This document shows positions 14,405 to 24,410 of a DNA stretch of 64,000 bases, one piece after another. Positions within the stretch are counted from its first letter, which is position 1. Each line of letters starts with the position of its first letter. Made by a program: the position numbers and the translations under genes. The notes under the pieces are model-generated. The model searched no databases, had not been told where the DNA came from, and saw only the letters and a list, made by a program, of their open reading frames with translations. The DNA lies in assembly GCF_018350175.1 (NCBI RefSeq), contig NC_058368.1, positions 109,742,001 to 109,806,000 on the forward strand, given 5' to 3'. This stretch comes from Felis catus (lineage: Eukaryota).

Positions 14405-14581
14405 TAGGTGGCTAGGGTCAACCAGGTGCCCCTTAAAGATTTTACTTTTAAGTAATCTCTACACCCAACGTGCGGCTCAAACTTACAACTCTGAGATCAA
14501 GAGCTGCATGCTATAGGGACTGAGCAAGCCAGGAACCCCTCTAACATTTCTTGATAAATTGCTATGTGTCAGGTAATGCAC

Positions 14582-14584
14582 TTT

Positions 14585-14635
<51 letters not shown>

Positions 14636-14636
14636 T
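14582..14636. repeat. (TTTA)n microsatellite derived from a SINE tail
   Basis: About 13 TTTA units at the tail of an antisense SINE. Confidence 0.9.
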
Positions 14637-15534
14637 AAAGTTTATTTATTTTGAGAGAGAGTGAGTGAGCGCATGCTCCAAGTGGGAGAGGGGCAGAGAG
14701 AGGGAGAGAGAGAGAATCCTAAGTAGGCTCCACCTTGGCAGTGTGTAGCCTGATGCAGGGCTTGAACCCATGAAGCTGTGAGATCATGACCTGAGTCGAA
14801 ATCAAGAATTGGACCCTTGGGGCGCCTGGGTGGCTCAGTCAGTTCAGCATCTCTCTCTTGGTTTCAGATCAGGTGATGATCTCACGGTTCGTGTGTTTGA
14901 ACCCTGTGTCAGGCTTTGTGCTGACAGTGTAGAGCCTGCTTGGGATCCTGTCTTCCTCTCTCTCTGCCCCTCCTCCACTCACTCTCTCTACCTCTCCCTC
15001 TTTCAAAATAACTAAATTTTTAAAAAGCATTAAAAAAAAAAAAAGAGTCGAACTCTTAACCAACTGAGCCACTCAGGTGCCCCGAGCCATGCTCATTTTA
15101 TATTGACTGTCTTGTTTAATCATCACATCAACCCTATGAGGGAGGGCCTATTATTTCCCCCATTTTTCAGGGGAGGAAATGGAGGCTTAGAGACTGTTAA
15201 GCTACTTGCCTAAATGTACTCAGGCGATTATGGTGTAAGTGGTACTCAAGCCAAGGTGGTAGGGCTGCAGAATCTCAAAGTCTACTGTACTCCTTCTCTT
15301 TCCCTCTACTTTACAAACGTTTACTTATTTTTGAGAGAGAGAGCATGCCAGGGAGGGGCAGAGGGAGAGGGAGAGAGGATCTGAAGGGAGCTCTGCACTG
15401 ACAGCACGGAGCCTGCTTGGGATTCTCTCTCTCCTTCTCTCTCTGACCCTCCCTTGTTCATACACACACATTCTTTCAAAATAAATAAATAAGCATTAAA
15501 AAAAATTATGGATTTTCTTCTCCTCACAGCCCAT

Positions 15535-15925
15535 GGTAGCTCCTATTTTACTTTTGTGAATTTGCTTCTTTTAGGTACCCTATACATGTGGAATCATACA
15601 ATATTTGTTCTTTTGTGTCTGGGTTATTTCCCTTAGCATAAAGCTTTCAAGGTTTATTCACAATGTAGTATGTCTCAGCATTTCGTCCCTGGTTTATGGC
15701 TGAATAATATTCCATTATATGTATAGCCTATATTTTGTTTATCTATTCACCTGTTGATGGACACTCGGCTTGTTGCCACATTTTGCTATTGTAAATAATA
15801 CTGCTATAAAGATTGCTCTACAAACATCTGTTTGATATCCTCGCTTTTAATTCCTTTATGTGTATAAGTAGGAATAGAATTGCTTGATCATTTGGCAGTT
15901 TTATGTTTAGCTTTTTCTGGACAAA
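15535..15925 (-). mobile_element. Old L1 3' fragment
   Basis: gtggaatcatacaatatttg ... tggctgaataatattccatt ... gttgatggacact, antisense L1M-like. Confidence 0.7.
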
Positions 15926-17328
15926 GTATAGTTTTTGAAAATTTAAAAATGTGTCAATGATATATAACTCATAAATGAGGGGACCAGTAGGATCGGAAAG
16001 CTGATTCATTGAAGAACTCATGAGACTGAAGTGAAGGCAAAAATACTGAGGTCACATTGCTAAATTAAATACAAAACTTGTCATTATTCTACAGGGAAAT
16101 AAAAGCATTATCTTTGGAGATATCTTTTCCACTAAACAGAAATCATTTGCCTCCCCCCCCCCCCCCCCAAACACCATTTGCACTTTATCAATCTCCTTTT
16201 AAGTTAATGTCTCATTTTACAGTCTGGGCCCTAATCAACAAAAAATGGCATGTCAAACAAAGTTACATTTTCTCTAGAGAATCATAGATCCCTTAGGTAG
16301 GCTCGGTAAACGTTGTTTTAAAATGTTACTGAAAGCGCAAGCAGTCATCTTTTTGCCTTATCTCTAAATCTGGGTAACCTTTCTTAATTTTGTATTTATT
16401 CACTTTACTTTTGTTTATGGTCTTTTTTGCATTGTGTTTTCTATCTTTGCTTCCACTGTTTTTGTCTTTTGGTGTTCTGCTTACAAAAGTTCCCTATATG
16501 CGCCTGTGTTTGTGTAAGTGTATATGTTATATATTCACCTTTATTTTCTGGTAAATATATGTTTTTATTTTGAAATTTAACTTATAAACCTTTAAATATT
16601 TGACTTATCAGGAATTTGTTCTTATATGTGGTTTGAGGTAGGGATCTAAAATTTTGGGGGCGCATGGGTGGCTCAGTCAATTGAGCATCTGACTTTGGCT
16701 CAGATCATGATCCTACGGTTTGTGGGTTCGGGTCCCGTGACCAGCTCTGTGCTGACAGTTCGGAGCCTGGAGCCTGCTTCGTATTCTATGTCTCCCTCCT
16801 CTCTCTGCCCCTTCCCAGCTCACATTCTGTCTCTGTCTCTGTCTCTCAAAAATAAACACTTAAAAAAATAAAATAAAATAAAATTTTGTCCCAAACGGTT
16901 AGCTAATGTCTGCAAATCACCTTCCTCATGACTAGTTTGAAATACCATGTGTCTTGTGCTAAATTTTCATACATGGGTTTGTTTCTGGACTTTTATTTCG
17001 GTTTATCTTTGTCTTTTCTGGTACAAATATCAGAGTTTTTACTGCTTCATTATATTGTGTTCCCTCTTGCTATAAAGGTTGCTCTACAAATATGTTTGAG
17101 TCCTTGCTTTTAATTCCAGTTCTGACAAGATGGATTTGCTACCCAGCAATCACACCTTTAGTGAAGAGAGCTACTCTTCACAGATGAGGGGCATGTTGCT
17201 ACCCCTGCTTCTCACATAGCAGCCATTTTGAAATGTTGCAGTGAAAATGTGTTGCATGCTTTAGAAAATTCCATTGAAAATTCTAGGGCAAGACTCTCAC
17301 CTAAGCAGTCAGAGTAAATGTGGAATGT

Positions 17329-17357
<29 letters not shown>
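17329..17357. repeat. (TG)n microsatellite
   Basis: Perfect TG run. Confidence 0.9.
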
Positions 17358-17359
<2 letters not shown>

Positions 17360-19935
17360 ATGTACACATGTGTTTCTGTACACAGGTGCAGGTGCATGGG
17401 CTCACTTGCCTGCCAAGATGGAGGGTGGGGGTGGTGAAGACATTCATGAACTTCCCCTCATTTGCGTGGTTATACTTCATGTTCATTTATGTAGAGATGC
17501 CAGATTGTCACTGTGTTCCCTTGACTTTGGAAGGGCATTTCACTTTTAGAGAAGAAGCTCTAAGCCACTGCTCTTTCTTTAAAAATAAACTTCTGCCTTT
17601 AGTGGAAATGGCACAAAATATAGCTGTATTTCAGGACTAAATAGTATTCTAAAAGGGCTGGTCATCCAGTTTGAAGAATGACTGGTTAATCACATTTCTA
17701 TTCTCTGCTGTGTACCTTATTCTTTGAAAGTATTTCAAGAATACACAATTGTCCTTATTATGCTTTTTATTTCATAATATCTCCATAATGGAAGCTTCTT
17801 CTGGTCACCTTTCCCAGACTTGTCTTCGTCTTGTCTGGAAAGGAAACTCTGATGCTTCTAGTGAGCTCATATCGTCTCCACTCTTGTTTTAGCCTGCTGC
17901 TGCTGCCTTTGACCATAGGATGGAAGCCTGTGCTGTCGCCAGGAAAACATGTTAGTCATTCTCCTCTGAGTTAGGGCTTGCGCTGCTGGCGTTCAGTGTC
18001 AAACTGTAATCGCCTGTGATATATTTAGATTTTGAACTCACATCGCATTGGAACATTAACTACATGTCAACAAGAAAATAAATGGTCCCCCTCTGGTTAT
18101 GAAGCAAGGTATGGGCAGACTGCCACATGAGCTTGTTCCTAGTAACTAATGGTGTTCATAGTAACAGTGATTCCTTTTTTGTTGTTGTTTTTAGTTTTCT
18201 TAATGTTTATTTCTTGACTTTTGAGAGAGAGAGAGAGCACAAGTGAGGGCAGGGCAGAGAGAGGGAGACACAGAATCTGAAACAGGCTCCAGGCTCTGAG
18301 CTGTCAGGACAGAGCCTGACACGGGGCTCGAACTCATGAATCGTGACATCATGACCTGAGCTCAAGTCAGACACTTATCTGACTGAGCCACCCAGGCGCC
18401 CCATAACAGTGATTCTTAATCAAATTATAAGCATTCACACTCTATGCTCCAGATTCCTCTTAAATCAGGAAACCTGAAGAGTGAATTATTATCAGAGGCC
18501 ACAGGGCCTTTAAAAATCATTTTCTCTGAGTCTTAGTGCAAGAAGCAAAGGGCATCTGTCTTGACAAATGGGTTGTATTCAGCTGAAGGGACACCAGCAT
18601 AGTATACACTGTGTCCTGATGAATTTGATTGTTAAAATGAAAGATCTTGTGAAGAAAGATTTGTAATTTGTAGAAATGAGATGGTGGCTGTTACTATGGC
18701 AAGATAGCTCCCTGGGGTGGGGGTGGGGGGTCCCTCTATGCTCAGGAACAGGAAGGCCCCGTACAGTTGGGCTGTGTGGTCAGAGTCATGTTTCTGCTCT
18801 CAGCAGACCAGTTCAACAGGGAGCACTTTGGGGTGGAGCTGGAATGTCAGCTACTAGAAGGGGAAGAAGACTGAATCTGCACTGGTTGAGGAGAGGCTTG
18901 AGTCAATGGATAAGGAAGTTGTGAGCCAAGCCAGAAAAATTACTGTTGATTATGGGATCTAGATAAAGGAGTTAAATTTTCATGATCATATCAGCTTGTG
19001 TAGCCTGCAGAAATCTGTGCAAAGTTCATCCAGCATTTTAAGTTTATACAGAGGGAAAGGACTGGGATTGATAATGACACTGCAAGCCATATAATAACTG
19101 TAACCAGACCAAATAAGGGCAAAAAAGTGGGGATTTGGGGAAGGACTTTGGAATGAGATCATGGTGCTACTATATAAGCAGACGGTTTGATAGAGTGAGG
19201 AAGGACCCTAAAATTTCAGACAATTTGGACTTACAAGTGAATTTTAATGGTAGTTTTTATATAAAAAGCACATTAAGATTAGAAAAATGCTTGAGGGGCT
19301 GCTTGGGTGGCTCAGTCAGTTGAGCGTCCAACTCTTGGTTTTGGCTCAGGTCATGGTCTTACAGCTCATGAGTTTATGAGTTCATGAATTTACAGTTCAT
19401 GAGCCCCTTGTTGGGCTCTGCACTGGCAGCATGGAGCCTGCTTGTGATTTCTCTCTCCTTCTCTGCCCCTCCCTGGCTTGCTCTTTCTTTCTCTAAAAAA
19501 TATAACTATATATAGTTTATTTATATATAATATAACAAAAATTTTTTTAAAAAGGGAAAATTCTTGAGGATAAAAGGAGACTAAATTGTGCTCTACTATT
19601 CTTTAAATAGTATTTTTTTTATTAAAAAAATTTTTTTAACGTTTTTTATTTTTGAGACAGAGAGAGACAGAACATGAACGGGGGAGGGTCAGAGAGAGAG
19701 GGAGACACAGAATCTAAAACAGGCTCCAGGCTCCGAGCTGTCAGCCCAGGGCCCGAGGCAGGGCTCAAACCCACGGACCGAGAGATCATGACCTGAGCTG
19801 AAGTCGGCCGCTTAACCAACTGAGCCACCCAGGCGCCCCTAAATAGTATTTCTTATATTTATACTGTATTTGTGATTAAACAAAGTTAAACAGATTTTCT
19901 ATAGGACTTTCATTGTCTTTAAAGTGGTAATATTT

Positions 19936-20151
19936 GGGGCGCCTGGGTGGCGCAGTCGGTTAAGCGTCCGACTTCAGCCAGGTCACGATCTCACGGTCCG
20001 TGAGTTCGAGCCCCACGTCAGGCTCTGGGCTGATGGCTCAGAGCCTGGAGGCTGTTTCCGATTCTGTGTCTCCCTCTCTCTCTGCCCCTCCCCCGTTCAT
20101 GCTCTGTCTCTCTCTGTCCCAAAAATAAATAAACGTTGAAAAAAAAATTTT
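19936..20151 (+). mobile_element. Young felid Can-SINE
   Basis: GGGGCGCCTGGGTGGCGCAGTCGG head, retained CpGs, CT tract, A-tail; perfect TSD AAGTGGTAATATTT. Confidence 0.95.
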
Positions 20152-20164
20152 AAGTGGTAATATT

Positions 20165-21109
20165 TGATGAGGGAGCATAAGGCACGCTGAGAACAAAGCA
20201 CAAGCTAGCACTTTCACCCACCTCCCCCCCCCCCCCCATAAGCAGGTGGGATGTGTCTGATATTCCTCAGGCACTCCTGGCTGCCCAAGAACAAAGAAAG
20301 GAAAGAAAACAAATGGTTAATTGATAGAGATCACAGTCATGTAGGACATGAGTCTCCATCAGTTTACAAATATCTGTAAATTACAAGAAAAAGGCAATCT
20401 TATCAATAGCCTTATCTCCAGAAACCTATAGACTCAGTTTCCTGGATCCCCAACATCACCCTCCCACATAGTGATATGGAGAACAAAGGCAAGAAGGAAA
20501 TGGCAGGTAACATTGAATTTCTTTTTTTTTTTTTTTATTATTTATTTTTGACAGAGGGAGAGACAGAGCATGAGCAGGGGAGGGGCAGAGAGAGAGGGAG
20601 ACACAGAATCTGAAGCAGGATCCAGGCTCCGAGCTCTCAGCACAGAGCCCGATGCGGGCTCGAACTCACAGACTGTGAGATCACGACCTGAGCCCAAGTC
20701 AGGACGCTCAACCGACTGAGCCACCCAGGCGCCCCTGAATTTCTTTATAACCTGCAGTCCATTGACAAATACTTGAGGCAAATACAGAGTATAACATTTC
20801 TCAAGGAAACCCCTACTGTCCTAATGTTAATGCCTTACTAGAGGAAAAAACCACCTTAGCTTGAAAATAGCAAGGCCTCAGGTATCTTAGGAGTCCTCTT
20901 TAGCATATCAAAGTCCTTCTGGAGGCCTTCCCTTTGCCTTTTACCTCCCCCAACTCCATAGTATATAACCAGTCATCCCAATGCAGCTCTTTCTGCCCAT
21001 GGGTCCTGTCCCTGTGCTATAATAAAATCACCTTTTTGCACCAAAGACTTCTTCAAGAATTCTTTCTTGACCATCAGCCCTGAACCCCCACCACCCCAAA
21101 ACCCCATCA
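20165..21109 (+). mobile_element. Solo endogenous-retrovirus LTR containing a nested antisense Can-SINE (about 20522-20735)
   Basis: Inverted termini TGATG...CATCA; 5-bp TSD ATATT (20160-20164, 21110-21114); TATATAA at about 20962; AATAAA at 21021; nested SINE flanked by TGAATTTCT repeats. Confidence 0.85.
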
Positions 21110-21916
21110 ATATTAATCTATTATTATCTGATGGAACACTATCCCATGGAACACAGTTTGGGAGAGGCTGGTTAACCTAATGTTAAAAAGGCACAACCCA
21201 ATTCAACCATCGTATGTAACAAAAATACTGAAAGGAAGAAATGTGTTCTAAAATGTAAACAGTGAATGATACTTGTTGAATCATTTCTCTTACTCTTTTA
21301 TCTTTTTTCTTACTCTTTTGTGTTTCCATGTTGACTTTAATAAGACTTTACAAAGAACATGTACGGAAAGAAAAGAGTGATATAGTTGTAGGAGACCAAT
21401 GTTGATGTCAGGAGTTTTGAAAGCTGTGTCACCAGTTCCTTAACCTGGTCTCAGGTCTCAGTTTTCTCATCTATTAAACAGGAAAGTAACATCTACCTAA
21501 TGGGTAGATCTACCCATCTACCTAACATCCCAGAATAGCCTCTATTCATCTACTATGAAGATTAATTGAATTATGATATCCAAATCACTCAGCACAACGT
21601 CTGGCACATGGTGTAGGATCTAGAGACGATGTAATTACCACTATTAGGGAGTTACTAGAATTTTAGAGTTAAAGAAAGGAGTACTGGTTTGGTTAAGGCA
21701 GTGGTCCACTCACTGTGATATAAAGGGGGCTGGAAAATACCATTATCAGAGCTTGTAGGTTCCTCCTGAAGGAAAGAATTCCAGAAGCTCCCCCAGAGTG
21801 TAGGACAGGATTCCATTAGACACTTGGCAGGGGAGATGATGAATTCCCAACTGAGAACTTCTTGTGTCATGGTGGGCAGTTAATGAACACCATATATTTA
21901 AAACAAACATCTTCTT

Positions 21917-22144
21917 GGGGCGCCTGGGTGGCGCAGTCGGTTAAGCGTCCGACTTCAGCCAGGTCACGATCTCGCGGTCCGTGAGTTCGAGCCCCGCGTC
22001 AGGCTCTGGACTGATGGCTCAGAGCCTGGAGCCTGTTTCCGATTCTGTGTCTCCCTCTCTCTCGGCCCCTCCCCCGTTCATGCTCTGTCTCTCTCTGTCC
22101 CAAAAATAAATAAACGTTGAAAAAAATTTTAATAAAAAAAAATA
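21917..22144 (+). mobile_element. Young felid Can-SINE
   Basis: Nearly identical to the 19936 copy; TSD AAACAAACATCTTCTT / AGACAACCATCTTCTT. Confidence 0.95.
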
Positions 22145-22922
22145 AGACAACCATCTTCTTGATTGCTTAGAACCAAATTTGATCATCGTACCAGAGAAAA
22201 GAATGCAACAACTTCCTTCTTTTAAAATTCTCAAGATGCTTTGCTGAATCAAAGTAACTTGTGCTTCAACCACAATGCCTCCAACAAGAAATGTTTTGGC
22301 AACTTCATTGCTTCACAATTGTGATTCTTGGAAACTTGTCATTTTAGATTCTTTGGAATTCTTAAATACCTTTTTTCTGACTTCATTTACTTAAATATCC
22401 CAGAATAGCCTCTTCAACTATAAGTTGGATGATCCAGGAAACTATTTATAGCAGGATGAGTACTCTCTGTGACTGATGTTATGTTTTATTTTGAGAAGGA
22501 CAAATCATTAAAAAGATAGATAGGGCCCATGGTATTTTAAACTGAAAGCAGGGCCAAGGCAAATAAGGTAGGTAGATATGAAGGTGGAACATAAAAAGTT
22601 ATGGATGTAGTACTTTTTTGCCAGTTTAGTTAAAGCCCGGGGAGGTCTCCCACAGGAAGGAAGTCAGAGACAGTCCATAACCCAGACCTAGTGATAGTTT
22701 AGGTAGAAAATCACTTCAGCCTATGGCAGTCTGACAATCCAGTGCTTACAATCCAGAGCAGACAGGCAGAAGACTTTTTGTCATTACAAAGGCCAATACT
22801 GTTCTTGGTGTCACTGATATCCTCCTAGGTAGGAGAAAAATAGAAGAAAAAGGAAGGTCAAAGTCAACCTTTAAAAAAATTTTTTTTAAAGGTTTATTCA
22901 TTTTTTGAGAGATAGCGAGTGG

Positions 22923-22982
<60 letters not shown>

Positions 22983-23396
22983 ATCTGAAGCAGGCTCCAG
23001 GCTCTGAGCTGTCAGCACAGAGCCTGATGCTTGGGCTCAGACTTACAAACCGTGAGATCATGACCTGAGCCAAAGTCAGATGCTTAACTGAGTGAGCCAC
23101 CCAACCTCCCCAAGGTCAACCTTTTTTTGTTGTTTTTACTTTTTATGGTGGTAAAATACACAAAGCATAAAACTAACATTTTAACCATCTTAAAGTATAC
23201 AAAGTATACAAATACAAATGCCAAAAAGTAGCATTAAGTATATTTGCATTGTTGTGTGGCTACACCCATCAACAGAACTTTTCACCATCCCAAACTGAAA
23301 CTTTGTACCCATTAAACAGTAACTCTCCATTCCCCCCTAATCACAAGCCCTTGCTAACCATTATTCTGTTTCTATGAATTTGCCTATTTTGGTTTT

Positions 23397-23817
23397 TGAG
23401 GGGTGTCCTGATTGGATTGGGGCCACCAAATGTGGGGCAACCTGCTCAGGAAGAGGCCTGTGGCATGGTCGGTGAAAGAATTCACCCAAGGCAGAGCAAA
23501 GGAGATAGAAGTTTATTGTATACACTGCAAGGGAAGTGGTGGGCAGGACAGCAAAGCAGAGACTGTCTGCCAAAAGGCAGTGGGGGTGGAGGGCTATAGT
23601 TAAAATGGGAAGATAAGGAGGCATGAGAACATGTAGAATTTTCCTTTTCTGGTACTTGTGCCCAGGTATAAGTAACCTGTTGGTCAACTAGGGCTTATGG
23701 ATATTTTGATGTGGGTCCCCTAAAGGACATGTTTGTATTCAGCCCAGGGTCACTGTGGGCCCTTTTACCTTAAGCAGGTTTCCATTGTTCAAGTTGTTTT
23801 TCTGAATGCAGCCTCTA
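23397..23817 (-). mobile_element. Solo LTR (about 420 bp) inserted in an old L1 fragment
   Basis: 5-bp TSD GTTTT (23392-23396, 23818-23822); begins with TG on the + strand; minus-strand AATAAA near 23512; L1-like sequence resumes in register on both sides. Confidence 0.75.
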
Positions 23818-23884
23818 GTTTTCTCATATAAATTGAATCATACAAAATTTGTCCTTTCCTGTCTGGCTTCTTTTACTTGGCATA

Positions 23885-24410
23885 TTTTTTATTCTATTTT
23901 ACTTTTCATGGTTATAAAGGGCTGTTTTTATTTTGGAAAATGTTAAAAAAAAAAAAAAGAAGAAAACCATTTACCTATGTATTTTAAGTATACACACAAA
24001 AAACTCCAGAATGGTCCTTAGACATATAGGAGTTAAACACAAATTCTGATTGAGTAACAACTATGAAGATTTCACCCAACATTTAGAAAACGTGTTCTCT
24101 AATGCAGGGGAATAGTAAGTATACCAGTCTCAAGGATTCTTCTCTGATGAAGGAAGCAACTACTGAAAGCTTTTATTCAAAGTACCTGTGCTATAGATGC
24201 AAAAAAATCAACAACTCCCCCAATACTACTTCAAAATAAACATACCAAACTTGATTTTCACTAGAATGTTATTTCAACATTCATTCCAATATAAATACAT
24301 ATGAGAAGCAACACAAACAATTATTGAGCTTCATCATCTGGACAAGAATGCCAAGGTAGTCTCTCTTCATAAAAGGCAATTATGTGAGGATGCTTCATAT
24401 TTACCTCTTT
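23885..24410 (-). pseudogene. CBX3: 5'-truncated CBX3 (HP1-gamma) processed pseudogene
   Basis: Minus strand 24410..24321 translates [29 protein letters not shown], matching the recalled CBX3 C-terminus [30 protein letters not shown]. Followed by about 410 nt of 3' UTR, AATAAA (23927-23932) and a decayed A-tail (23885-23906); flanked by TTGGCATA repeats (23877-23884, 24410-24417). Confidence 0.9.
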
